Shown: piece by piece, positions 54,599 to 64,000 of the stretch
How positions within the stretch are numbered: the first letter of the stretch is position 1
How the letters are laid out: every line of letters begins with the position of its first letter
Origin: Terriglobia bacterium
Lineage (GTDB): Bacteria; Acidobacteriota; Terriglobia; Versatilivoradales; Versatilivoraceae
DNA length: 64,000 nucleotides
Direction: 5' to 3'
Assembly (NCBI GenBank): GCA_046331665.1
Contig: JAXLQK010000023.1
Location: forward strand, 36,692-100,691
Program-made: the position numbers and the translations under genes
Notes under the pieces: generated by a model
What the model was told of the DNA's origin: nothing
What the model saw: the letters and a program-made list of their open reading frames with translations, nothing else
The model's database searches: none

Positions 54599-55366
54599 TT
54601 ATTTTGTTTTGCCTTCATATCCTGGAAGAGGTTTACCTTGTTCGTCCAACTTGCCACATGCCCAAAGCAGTCCGTAAGCCAGCAAGCGCTGGTACTCTTC
54701 CTGCTGAGCTGTCTTCATGTCATGACCGAGCGTCGTCCCAAAGACGCGGCCCTGCCCATATTGATTTGTCCAGCAGACAATATGTTCTATACCAGAGGCC
54801 GGGCTCTTGACTTTGAGCAGGCTTTTGGAATCCGGTCCCATTTGAATCGTCTGATAAAGCTCGTCTCCCGCAGTTTGCCAGTTGTCGGGAAAACTTTTAA
54901 TAATGGGATGATTGGGATCGACCTTTTGAGACGCAATAGGCTCATACTTGTCGTGAATGCGCGAGACTTCTCCCACCAGCCGGCGCCACTCATCGGATTC
55001 CTTGAAGCTGTGGACCGCACAGTGAATGACCACGGTGGGCTTCCCGCCACGGGTCAAATTCAGCACATGGTTGATCGACGGAAGCACGGTTTCGTCAAAA
55101 CACATGTCATAGACGACCACATCGGCGGCTTGCGCGAAATCAGCCTTCTCGAGAACTTCCGGTCCCCACTTTACTTCCCAATCCACATTGGCATACTGGC
55201 TGATGCGATCGGTCAAAAGAGCGGAGAGGCTCTTAAAGTCGTGATACCCTCCACCCGTAATCAATACCGCCTTCAATTTGGCGTCGGGTTTCGAATCAGC
55301 GGCAAGCAAGAGACCGGGGAGTAAGAGGAAAAGTAGCAGCCCAAAATCGCGGCCAAGCCGTTTCAT
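54599..55366 (-). CDS. ThuA-domain protein (secreted)
   Basis: Signal peptide MKRLGRDFGLLLFLLLPGLLLA. ThuA core (KAVLITGGGYHDF, VVIHCAVHSF). A second ThuA paralog in the window. Confidence 0.75.
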   Translation of the reverse strand: MKRLGRDFGLLLFLLLPGLLLAADSKPDAKLKAVLITGGGYHDFKSLSALLTDRISQYANVDWEVKWGPEVLEKADFAQAADVVVYDMCFDETVLPSINHVLNLTRGGKPTVVIHCAVHSFKESDEWRRLVGEVSRIHDKYEPIASQKVDPNHPIIKSFPDNWQTAGDELYQTIQMGPDSKSLLKVKSPASGIEHIVCWTNQYGQGRVFGTTLGHDMKTAQQEEYQRLLAYGLLWACGKLDEQGKPLPGYEGKTK

Positions 55367-55498
55367 AAAAACCTCCAGTATAGGAATAGGTGGCAAAGAG
55401 ATCCGACTATTAGTAAATACGCTGTGCTGACAAACGCTTGGTCTAACCAGACTCAATTCTACCCGGTTCTGGGCAAAATGCGTCCCACCTGCCTCCGT

Positions 55499-57825
55499 CT
55501 ACTCGAGCAGGAGCACAACGACGCTCTCGTATGGAACGGTGAGCTGGATGGAGTGCTGATCAATCCGAACCTCACGCTGGGTATGAATATCCCTGGCACG
55601 TTGGTAGGCGGCAGGCAGTCTGAGCGAATCCGTCTGATCCTCCGCCGCGTCGTTAAAAACCACTAACAGGCCCCGTCCATTGCCTTCAATGAGGCGAGGC
55701 CGCAGTTTTTGGCCACGCACGGGCGGAGTTACCACCCGCGAGAGGATGGATCGAACCAACTCAATGCCGTTGTCGTCTCCCCCGGCAATACTGGCTCCAA
55801 GATTTGTCCCAATGTAGTAAATCTCACCTTTGCCGACTTTCTTGGTGGCGGCAACGATTTTTCCCTCGCAACGGGCCAGCGGTGTCGCCGATTCCAAAGT
55901 GACAGGTGTCAGGAACGTGTAGGCTTTCACCTGGGTGGAGATGGGGAGGGAAAAATCTATCAGCGGCTCGTAATAGACTCGGTCTGAAGCGGGAAGCTTT
56001 TTAGGGACGGAAAGCGGCTTGGTGGCATTTCCGTTATTTACGTAATAGCTTTCCTTTTCGCGATACCCAAAGGCATTGGCAAGACCGTAGGGGGGGATGA
56101 CCGGATTGTAAAAGCAACGCTCATCGAACATCCCAAAGCCTGTCTCGAGAATCAGGGTTCCACCGGCTTCCACAAAGCGCTCCAATGCTTCGCAGGTTTC
56201 TTTTTTACCGAGGAGATGCCAAGGCACAATGAGAGCCTTATAGTTGCCTTGAGCCAGGCTTCCCGGTTCGATGAAGTCCACCCAAAGATCACAATTCCAA
56301 AGTGCTTTGTAATACCCACGAATGGATTCCGTGGCTGGAACTTCATTGCCGCTCATGGCGTACGTCAGCACATAATTATCTTCATCGACCAAGATGGCCA
56401 CTTCCGGTTTCGGCCGATGGGATTCGATAATCGGCCAGTAGGTCTGAATGAGACGGTGATTGTCCGCCGCTTCGAGGACCCGCTCGGTGGCAGAGGCATC
56501 ACGCGCGACAAGTCCGAATCCGGTTGCTTCAGAACCGGTTGCTTCGGCATGATAGGCCCAGTAAATAATTCCTTTCGCTCCTGCAGCTACCGCCAGCCAA
56601 TTCCAGAGTCGGATGTCCTGAGCTCTCATTTGCGGGCTGCGCCAGAGCCCGCTGCTGCCATGGCCTCCCTGCAGCTCCGTCATCCAGAAATCCTTTTTCC
56701 CGGCACAGGATCGGGCGAGGTCCATCACGGCGGCACCATAAAAGACCGGCAGACTTTCCCACCGGGGAAAATGGGATAAACCCCACACATCCACGACTTC
56801 AGCCAACCGCCAGTCATTGACCGCGTCTTCGGTGACTGGGTCAATGGGGTGCTTGCGTCGGCGTGACCCTCAATGATGTGCACGGTGTCGACAGCCCGGA
56901 CGTTGCCTGCCCGGAATTTCATTTCGTCCGTACTGCGTTCGGTCATGAAACGCCGCCAATCCAGCCAGTCGAGATAGGTTGACATCAGGCGAGGCGGATC
57001 GACAGCCTTCCAGTTCGGATACTGCCGCACCCAGGCTTCATTCAGCCGATCGAGGCTCCCATAGCGCTGTTCGAGCCAGCGCTGGAATTCCGCGATGGTA
57101 CGATCGCAGTAGCAATAGAGACGCTCCTGCGGCGTCGCCCAGATGTTTCTTTGGACCGATGGTTCCACGTGCGGTTCGTTCCACACATCGTAGGCGTACA
57201 TCGAGGGATGCCGGCTCACTTCTTTGGCCATTTCACGGATGAAACGGCTGGCGGCCTGACGCACGGGCTCCCAGTCCAGGCACATCCCGGGCCAGCCGCC
57301 GCTCACGTTGTTGCTGCTCCCCACAAGCTTTTGAGGATTTCCGCGGGCATCCACATAGCGCGCTTCAGGATGAGCTTGCTCCAGCCAATAGGGAGCTTCT
57401 TCGGTGATGACCCCCATGAGCACCTTGATCCCGAATTCATCGCAATAGCTCATCACTTCATTGAGTTCTTCAAAATTAAAAACGTCCGGTTGAGGGTTGC
57501 AATAAACCCATGCCAGGTAAATACGGATGATGTTGAATTTGTATTCCTGGGCTAGCGTTTTCAGCATCGCCCGGCGCTGGGCGCGCGGCGGATTGGGCGG
57601 GCGAAAAAAGGCGGCTCCATAGATGAACTCTTTTTCCTGAGACGGTTTTTGTGCCGTGGCGGCCAGGGAAGCAGCAGGCAAAGTGGCGAAGATGTTTAAG
57701 CCGCCCCAAACAAAGCTCAAACCGCTGGAGGTAGAACGGATGAATTCCCGCCGAGAAAAGATCGCCTCATTTTTTCGCTCGTGAGATGAAGAAGTAGACG
57801 TGCCGACAGATTTCCAGAAACGCAC
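55499..57825 (-). pseudogene. GH42 beta-galactosidase-like glycoside hydrolase, split by one frameshift; unusual Tat-like signal
   Basis: ORF 56725-57825 carries the GH42 catalytic (beta/alpha)8 N-terminus (NIIRIYLAWVY...WNEPH). ORF 55499-56806 carries the GH42 trimerisation and C-terminal domains. They join at a C4 run near 56812. Confidence 0.8.
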
Positions 57826-58324
57826 AGAAACCGTCGCGGAATCTGCCTCTCAAATTCCAGATTGATTTCGCGTCAACAGGGCCTGTGATGTCACTGACAG
57901 AAACAAATCTTAACATAATGCCATCATCACAACAACCAAGCAGGGGGTCAGAGAAGACACGAAGTGAGATCGGCACCCGTGGCAGGATTCAAATGATGGA
58001 CACAGAGGATCGGAGAATTGACTTCGGCAGGGGAGAGGAATAGCCTTGCTAGAACCTTTCCGAAAATTTCTCTCACGGAGACACAGAGACACGGAGGAAG
58101 TTTTGGTTTCACCCTGAATGTTGTGGGCGGGGCCAGATTGATTTCATAAAGGATTTCTCTGGAAATTCAACAGCTATCCATTTTAATTGCTATTATTAGA
58201 CGAAGTTTGTGAATGGTGTTTCTTCACTAGAGCCGATAGCCCCCATTTTCTTTCTCATCTCTGTCCGTGACTCCGTGTCTCCGTGAGAGAAAATGAGTGA
58301 TACACAAGAGAAAGGCAAGAAACC

Positions 58325-58852
58325 ATGACCCACGAAGCAACTCCGAAAAATACGAGTGCCCTTTCCCCCGCCGTAGTGATCACGCCGGAACAACTCCTCG
58401 AACACTGGCAGGGCCACCGAAGACTGACCAGGCGCGTCATCGCAGCCTTTCCCGAGGATCCATTTTTCCGATTCTCGATCGGCGGTATGCGTCCCTTCTC
58501 CGCGCTGGCGCTCGAGTTAATCGGCATGGCCAAGGCAGGAATCCGGGGATTGGCCACTGGCCAATGGACCCTGGTCGATGAGCTTACTCACCACTCGAAA
58601 GCACCAGCACCGAGAACGCAGGAAGATTTTCTCCGCCTGTGGGATGAAGCCACCGAACAAATCAACACCCTTGGGCCGCAAATCCCACCGCAACGCTACC
58701 AGGAAATCGATAAAGCTTTCGGCGAGTATGAGGGGCATGTCTACCAATTTCTCCTCTACTGGATCGACAATGAGATCCATCATCGGGGGCAGGGATATGT
58801 CTACCTGCGTGCGCTCGGCATCGAACCCCCTCCTTTTTATGTTAGGAACTAA
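58325..58852 (+). CDS. DinB-family protein (DinB_2)
   Basis: 175 aa. DinB_2-like motifs (LLEHWQGHRRLTRRVIAAFPED; YQFLLYWIDNEIHHRGQ). Confidence 0.7.
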   Translation: MTHEATPKNTSALSPAVVITPEQLLEHWQGHRRLTRRVIAAFPEDPFFRFSIGGMRPFSALALELIGMAKAGIRGLATGQWTLVDELTHHSKAPAPRTQEDFLRLWDEATEQINTLGPQIPPQRYQEIDKAFGEYEGHVYQFLLYWIDNEIHHRGQGYVYLRALGIEPPPFYVRN

Positions 58853-58922
58853 ATGTGTGGGCAAGGAATCGCGAGATACTGTTCATTCAGCTCATGAACC
58901 TTGATCAGGAAACAAAGACGGA

Positions 58923-59858
58923 ATGATTCTCGTTCGCAATAACCGGTTGCTGAGTGCGACCGTCGTACTCCTCTTGCTTGGTGGCTCCCTGCATGGAGAA
59001 ACGACCACCACCTACCTCGACAGTCGAGGGCGGAAGATCGTACTTCCATTGGGGGGCTACTCCTTCGCCGACGAAGTCGTCGCCTTTGAGAATGGCAACC
59101 CTTCCGCTCCTGAAAAGCATCGCCAGCCTCAGGAAGCTCTCGGGCCTCCAAACTACAATAAGAAATCTGAAAGCAATTATGTCACTCTTGGCTGTGGAGG
59201 CACACTGACACTGCGTTTCACCGATAATGCCTTGGTAGACGTCGATGGTCCCGACCTATATGTCTTCGAGATCGGCCCGAACATTGAGCCGACGGAACTC
59301 TCACTTTCTGCAGACGGAAACCGCTGGGTCCGTGTAGGACAGATCTCCGGTGGCAAGGCCGAAGTGGATATTCATGATGTCGTGCAGCCCAACGAAGTTT
59401 TCCACTTCGTCCGATTAACGGACCTCAAATCCGCGTGCAGCGGCAGGTGGCCGGGCGCGGATATTGACGCCGTTGGAGCCATTGGCGCAGGTCTACTCAT
59501 CTCTCTCAAAAACGGACTGCTCTTTGATGTGGATCAATTTCTCCTCAAGCCGGAGGCAACCCAGTCGCTTCGCGAGGCCGCTCAAAAGATTATGGAGCAC
59601 AAAGACGCCAAGATCCGCATCGGCGGCCACACAGACAGCACGGGTTCAACGGAGCACAACTTGACTTTGTCGCAGAACCGGGCACAAGCCGTTCGCGATT
59701 TCCTCGTCAAAGTAGCCATGCTCGACCCTGCCCAGATTGAGACTCATGGTTATGGAGAATCGCGACCCATCGCATCGAACAACACGGTTGAAGGCCGTGA
59801 GAAAAATCGACGCGTAGAAATCATCGTGATTCCCGCAAAACCTGTAGCCGTGAAATGA
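58923..59858 (+). CDS. OmpA-family protein (unknown N-terminal domain + OmpA_C peptidoglycan-binding domain)
   Basis: Signal peptide. C-terminal OmpA motifs (IGGHTDSTGSTEHNLTLSQNRAQAV, GYGESRPIASNNTVEGREKNRRVEI). Confidence 0.8.
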   Translation: MILVRNNRLLSATVVLLLLGGSLHGETTTTYLDSRGRKIVLPLGGYSFADEVVAFENGNPSAPEKHRQPQEALGPPNYNKKSESNYVTLGCGGTLTLRFTDNALVDVDGPDLYVFEIGPNIEPTELSLSADGNRWVRVGQISGGKAEVDIHDVVQPNEVFHFVRLTDLKSACSGRWPGADIDAVGAIGAGLLISLKNGLLFDVDQFLLKPEATQSLREAAQKIMEHKDAKIRIGGHTDSTGSTEHNLTLSQNRAQAVRDFLVKVAMLDPAQIETHGYGESRPIASNNTVEGREKNRRVEIIVIPAKPVAVK

Positions 59859-59910
59859 TTGGAATCGCTCCTCGACAGAAAGCGAGGGTGTGGGGAGAGT
59901 CCACCTCTTA

Positions 59911-61290
59911 CTAGGGACGGACGAAGTACTGCCACTTATCCATTCCTGCCGGTACCGCCACATCAAAAAAACCAACCATCATTTCATCGTAAGTTTGATC
60001 CCCCCAGGTGACCGCGCTGGATGGATCCGGATTATGGGGATTCTTTCTTGAGTTGTCGTACCAGGCTACCGCCTGAAGTGTGGTGCCCGCTTTGAGGAAC
60101 CGAGGATCCTTCAGCCGGTAGGTCAATTGCCAATGAAAGTGATAGTTCACCCGTAGTAGGGTTTCAATCTCTCCGTTGGGGTGGATGATGTTGTATTCAA
60201 ATTGCTTCCCACGTAAATGCATGTGGGGGAGGAAACTGAGCAGGATGGCATCATTGGGCATGGTGCCCCGCGCTTCCACGCGGAAGTTATCGACTCCCGG
60301 CGGAATCGTAAAATGGGAGTTCGTCAATTGCAGCATCAGAACCCTTTGTTTCGGCGTCACTTTTGAAAAAACGATGCCAACACTGGCCTGATCTTCTGCT
60401 TTCTGGCCGTTGGTTGTGTAGTGCATCTGAAAGACGAGATCCGAACCTCGCGGAATCATCTTGGCCATCCCTTCGGGCAATTGGTCGGGGAGACTTCCTG
60501 GCGCGTAGACCAGGAGCATATCGCTATCTGTGCCATGGGCGTCCCGCTTGTCCTGCTCATTGACGAGGTTCGAGGCTGTAAAAGGCTGGCCCACCGGAAC
60601 ATTGCGAAGCCAGCGGGAACTTGGCGGGCGTATGTACACCACAGCATGATGGACGTGCTGACGGCTGAAAGGACGAACTTCCGATGCTTGTACCCATTTA
60701 TCTTCGGTGAAGCCCGTAGGGACAATCTCATAGGTGTATTCAATCTCTCCATGAGCAGGGATGGCTACCGGTTTTGGCATCTTCAAAACCAATTCTGGCG
60801 GCTCCGTTAAGTTCCACCCTTCCACCCAAGGCCGGTCCGGAACGTTGCCCTTGAGGTCTCCCCGCTTCATCCGGGTGTCTACCCAACGCGAGAGGACGTC
60901 GATTTCCTGCGCGGAAAGCGATGGATCGTTTACAAATTTCCCGTAGCGTGGATCGGCAAACCATGGGGGCATATGTTTGGATAAGACGGCCTGGCGAATC
61001 GCTTTGCCCCAAGGCAGTACTTGTTCGTAAGTCACCAATGACATAGGTGCCACTTCACCGGGACGGTGGCAACGCTGACAATCCTTCTGCAAGATCGGTA
61101 GGACATCCTGATAAAAAGTTGGCGAACCGCTACTGCCAGACACCTCCGAAGATTGACCAGAAAGTATCAGCAAGGCAGCCAGCCAAATCAATGAGATCAA
61201 AACAATTTGCTGCAGCCAATGGGTTAACTCACGAGCATTCATGGACCACCTGTTTCCAGTAGTATGGCTAGGGAAAGGTTGTCTTGCCAA
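59911..61290 (-). CDS. PHM/DBH-like type-II copper monooxygenase domain protein with N-terminal CxxCH (cytochrome-c-like) domain
   Basis: N-terminal domain with FYQDVLPILQKDCQRCHRPGE (CxxCH). C-terminal region has a CuH-like site, HH (QHVHHAVVY) plus H (VFQMHYT), and a CuM-like site, HxH (LPHMHLRG) plus Met in DEMM. The likely true start is MNARELTHW at about 61242. Confidence 0.55.
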   Translation of the reverse strand: MARQPFPSHTTGNRWSMNARELTHWLQQIVLISLIWLAALLILSGQSSEVSGSSGSPTFYQDVLPILQKDCQRCHRPGEVAPMSLVTYEQVLPWGKAIRQAVLSKHMPPWFADPRYGKFVNDPSLSAQEIDVLSRWVDTRMKRGDLKGNVPDRPWVEGWNLTEPPELVLKMPKPVAIPAHGEIEYTYEIVPTGFTEDKWVQASEVRPFSRQHVHHAVVYIRPPSSRWLRNVPVGQPFTASNLVNEQDKRDAHGTDSDMLLVYAPGSLPDQLPEGMAKMIPRGSDLVFQMHYTTNGQKAEDQASVGIVFSKVTPKQRVLMLQLTNSHFTIPPGVDNFRVEARGTMPNDAILLSFLPHMHLRGKQFEYNIIHPNGEIETLLRVNYHFHWQLTYRLKDPRFLKAGTTLQAVAWYDNSRKNPHNPDPSSAVTWGDQTYDEMMVGFFDVAVPAGMDKWQYFVRP

Positions 61291-61529
61291 GGCAAAATGG
61301 AGGTCACGCTATGTTATGGAGGAGGAACTTTCGACTCCATTATTTCCATTTGAGGCTTTTATCTTTATTTAGGCCCGGAACTTGGGCAGTTCCTGAGATT
61401 GCTGGCCGAATATCACCACCCTGGCCCAAATCGGCCATTACTTATCCTCCTATTTCATTCATTTTAATAACTTTAATATTGGCATGGAACATGCAATCCC
61501 CGGAGGTAGAACAGTAAGGAGGGTGGACC

Positions 61530-62501
61530 ATGAAGACTCAATTCACACGAATTTTCGTTATCGTTTTCTCATTGCTGATGGTCGGAGAACTCCATGGCCA
61601 AGCCCAGGGACCAAATCCACCAGATGAACAATCCCAATCGGGTTGGCGCAGGTTCGGACAGCCCTCGACTAACGACCCTTTACCTCCGCCCCTGGATTTG
61701 ACTTTGCCGGCCGGAACTTGGATTACAGTTCGGATGGATCAAATGCTTTCCAGTGACCATAACCAACAAGGAGACGCTTTCACCGCCACACTCGTTCAAC
61801 CTCTGGTCGCCGAGGGGCGAATTTTAGCCAGACCTGGTCAAACCGTGGGGGGCGTGGTGGCCTCGTCTCAAAAAGCGGGCCGTGTGAAAGGGACCTCCAG
61901 CCTTGGCTTGGAGCTCACAGAAATTAGCATTGCCGATGGGAGGCAAGTTCAGGTGAAGACCACGCTGATGCAGCGGCGAGGGGACACTTCCGTTGGGCAG
62001 GATGCCGGGATCATTGGAACTTCGACAGGAATGGGAGCGGCGATTGGAGCCACCATTGACGGCGGATTCGGGGCAGGCATGGGAGCCATTGCCGGAGCCG
62101 CGGCTTCGACCATCGGCGTGCTCGTGACGCGCGGAAGAGCCACCGTGGTTTCTCCCGAAGATGTTCTGACGTTCCGCATTGTGAATCCGGTGAGCGTGCA
62201 AATTGCAGCCACCGAAGGAGCCTTTCAACCGGTACAACAAGCCGATTACGAACAGCCACGCCTGGCAAGACAAGGGCCGCCTCCCCCTCAGGGATCTCCG
62301 GCTCCTCGCGTGTATCTTGGCGCCTCCTATCCCCCGTATTACTATGGTGGATACTATTCACCCTACTATTACGGTGGATTCTATGCACCCTACACCTACG
62401 GCTTTGGATTTTCCTACTACCCTCGCCCCTATTACTCCTATCACGGACATGGGGCATATTATGGGAACCACGGAGGTTATCATGGAGGCAACCACCACTA
62501 G
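61530..62501 (+). CDS. Secreted protein with Gly-rich core and extreme Tyr/Gly-rich C-terminal tail
   Basis: Signal peptide MKTQFTRIFVIVFSLLMVGELHG. The C-terminal 60 aa are mostly Y/G/P (YPPYYYGGYYSPYYYGGFYAPYTYGFGFSYYPRPYYSYHGHGAYYGNHGGYHGGNHH). Confidence 0.6.
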   Translation: MKTQFTRIFVIVFSLLMVGELHGQAQGPNPPDEQSQSGWRRFGQPSTNDPLPPPLDLTLPAGTWITVRMDQMLSSDHNQQGDAFTATLVQPLVAEGRILARPGQTVGGVVASSQKAGRVKGTSSLGLELTEISIADGRQVQVKTTLMQRRGDTSVGQDAGIIGTSTGMGAAIGATIDGGFGAGMGAIAGAAASTIGVLVTRGRATVVSPEDVLTFRIVNPVSVQIAATEGAFQPVQQADYEQPRLARQGPPPPQGSPAPRVYLGASYPPYYYGGYYSPYYYGGFYAPYTYGFGFSYYPRPYYSYHGHGAYYGNHGGYHGGNHH

Positions 62502-62549
62502 TAGGTGGTCAATCCTGGCGGACAGGTAAATCCTCCTCGCTTACCTCAT

Positions 62550-62575
62550 GAGGATGGCGAGTCATCGCCATCCTC
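62550..62575. terminator. Perfect 11-bp stem / 4-nt loop hairpin downstream of the Y/G-rich protein gene (no U-tract)
   Basis: GAGGATGGCGA-GTCA-TCGCCATCCTC. Confidence 0.3.
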
Positions 62576-62589
62576 GCATCCCGAGCAGT

Positions 62590-62724
62590 TTGCTGAAAAA
62601 CTCGGTACACATCCATTTGGAGCTGCAGCGGCGGTCTGTGACCGTCGAATCGGGAGTGGTTGTTTTTTTCACACAACACCGGCGCTCATAGAGCGCCGCT
62701 ACAATGGGTTTTTCAGCAAAGAGC
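62590..62724. repeat. Palindromic MITE-like repeat, copy C
   Basis: TIR-like TTGCTGAAAAAC ... GTTTTTCAGCAA. Core CTGCAGCGGCGGTCTGTGACCGTCGAAT-loop-GGCGCTCATAGAGCGCCGCTACA. Confidence 0.75.
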
Positions 62725-63110
62725 TAGGCGCGTTCACCAACTTTTCCTCAAAATCCCTAAAGGCCATCATCTTCTGCATTCGCAAATCCCATCGGCCGTT
62801 TCCATATTGACCCACTTTCCAGTTTCGCCATGGAATTCACTGCCATTTAAAGTCAACGAGCAACTATTATCCGCAAGATTACCGCCAATTGAGCATTTTG
62901 TCTGGTCATCAAAAGGGAGAGGTATTACGCACAGCCGCCCCTCACGACCAGGCGCGAGCATGATTTTTGGCTTTGGTTCCGTGAGCCCGGGACTTCACAC
63001 CAGCTATGCCAGCAAAATCTTCATTTACTCTCCTGCTGAATCATGTGACATTGACCGCAGTTAGAGAGAAATTTTGAGAGATTGACGTTGGGAGAACCGG
63101 AGCCGCTTCG

Positions 63111-64000
63111 ATGCCATCCATGACTGGCTCACAATATTTTGCCGAAGCCTTAAAAGCCTGTGGCATCACTCATGTTTTTTTCGTTCCCGTGGTACTGACA
63201 CCGGCCCTGGCCGAGTTGGATCGTCGCGGCATTGTTGGGGTGATGACCCATGGAGAAAAATCCGCGGTCTATATGGCTGACGGCTATGCCCGCGCCTCGC
63301 ATCGTCCCGGCATTTGCATGGCTCAAACCGTCGGTGCCGCCAATCTTGCTGCTGGACTTCGTGACCCATACCTCGCCTGCTCTCCGGTCATTGCCATTAC
63401 GGGAGGTCCGGATCCCCGCTACCGGCATCGGCACGTCTATCAGGAGATTGATGATTTCCCTCTCTTCGAACCTTTGACCCGGTTTAACGCCCGCGTCGAT
63501 CTGGTGGACCGTCTTTCCGATTTGCTCGGACAAGCCATTCGCTCTGCCACCAGCGGCTGTCCCGGCCCGGTGCATCTGGAAATAGCCGGTCACTTCGGTC
63601 AGGCGAGTGACAGCCAGAGCGAATTTTCACTTCCCTTTGATTCCTCTTTTGCTCATGTTCCCCCGCTTCGCCCCGCCGCCGACTTTCAAGCTGTGGACCA
63701 AGCGGCACGTCTGCTTGAAACGGCAGAACGTCCCATCCTTGTCGCGGGCGGAGGCGTCGTTTCTTCCGGCGCGCAGCAAGAGGTCATCGAACTGGCGGAG
63801 CGCCTGGAGATACCCGTGGCCACATCGCTCAATGCCAAAGGCACCATCAGGGAAAATCACCCTCTCTCAGTGGGGGTTCCCGGAACCTATTCGCGGGCAT
63901 GTGCCAACCGCGCCATTGCTGAAGCAGATCTGGTTTTTTTTGTCGGCAGCCGGACGGGAAGTCAGGTAACCAATTTCTGGCGGATCCCGCGCCCGGGAAC
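63111..64000 (+). CDS. Thiamine-pyrophosphate-dependent enzyme (acetolactate-synthase-like), 5' partial; continues past the window end
   Basis: Open frame from the ATG at 63111 to the window end. It is absent from the ORF track because it has no stop in the window. TPP_enzyme_N motifs (GITHVFFVP, GYARASHRPGICMAQTVGAANLAAGL) and a central domain (ILVAGGGV). Confidence 0.75.
   Translation, partial: MPSMTGSQYFAEALKACGITHVFFVPVVLTPALAELDRRGIVGVMTHGEKSAVYMADGYARASHRPGICMAQTVGAANLAAGLRDPYLACSPVIAITGGPDPRYRHRHVYQEIDDFPLFEPLTRFNARVDLVDRLSDLLGQAIRSATSGCPGPVHLEIAGHFGQASDSQSEFSLPFDSSFAHVPPLRPAADFQAVDQAARLLETAERPILVAGGGVVSSGAQQEVIELAERLEIPVATSLNAKGTIRENHPLSVGVPGTYSRACANRAIAEADLVFFVGSRTGSQVTNFWRIPRPG

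Noticed and set aside
63150-63593. 147-aa minus-strand ORF listed in the ORF track
   Set aside because: Antisense to an uninterrupted plus-strand frame (63111 to the window end) that encodes a clear TPP-dependent enzyme N-terminus. The plus-strand gene is missing from the ORF track only because it has no stop in the window.

Overview
This is a 64 kb chromosomal window of fairly high GC content (about 57%). Gene content suggests a soil Acidobacteria-like genome: ThuA and Gfo/Idh/MocA genes, a DUF2961 protein, Tat-secreted glycosidases and Tad pseudopilins. Most of the window is core metabolism.

Recognisable genes, roughly in order:
- nucleotide and DNA repair: nth, a NUDIX hydrolase, udk, a PNP/MTAP-family phosphorylase, dgt, ada, and two DinB-family proteins
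- glycogen: a tandem of a GH13 GlgB and a GH57 branching enzyme
- rhaT, ino1, sdhCAB, kdsD
- two APC amino-acid permeases
- glnK followed by an ammonium transporter
- a tRNA-Leu(CAA)
- an ABC-2 exporter
- a sugar-phosphate isomerase / Gfo-Idh-MocA / ThuA / GH42 cluster
- an OmpA-family protein and a partial TPP-dependent enzyme

Several genes carry single-base homopolymer frameshifts: fabH, a PhnB-like gene, amt, ada, the GH42 gene and a GH127-like gene. These are either real decay or sequencing errors.

Items worth a second look:
- a roughly 130-bp palindromic MITE-like repeat family with three copies
- a four-helix-bundle (23S rRNA IVS-type) protein gene flanked by 13-bp inverted repeats
- a low-GC islet just 3' of tRNA-Leu carrying a decayed PhnB-like gene
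- an orphan tadG-tadE-tadE pseudopilin cluster next to a sensor histidine kinase
- a secreted cluster of a DUF2961 (GH172-like) protein, a PhyH-like dioxygenase and an unknown secreted protein
- a PHM/DBH-like copper monooxygenase fused to a CxxCH domain
- a secreted protein with an extreme Tyr/Gly-rich tail

I did not see a CRISPR array, rRNA, or classical defense or transposase genes.
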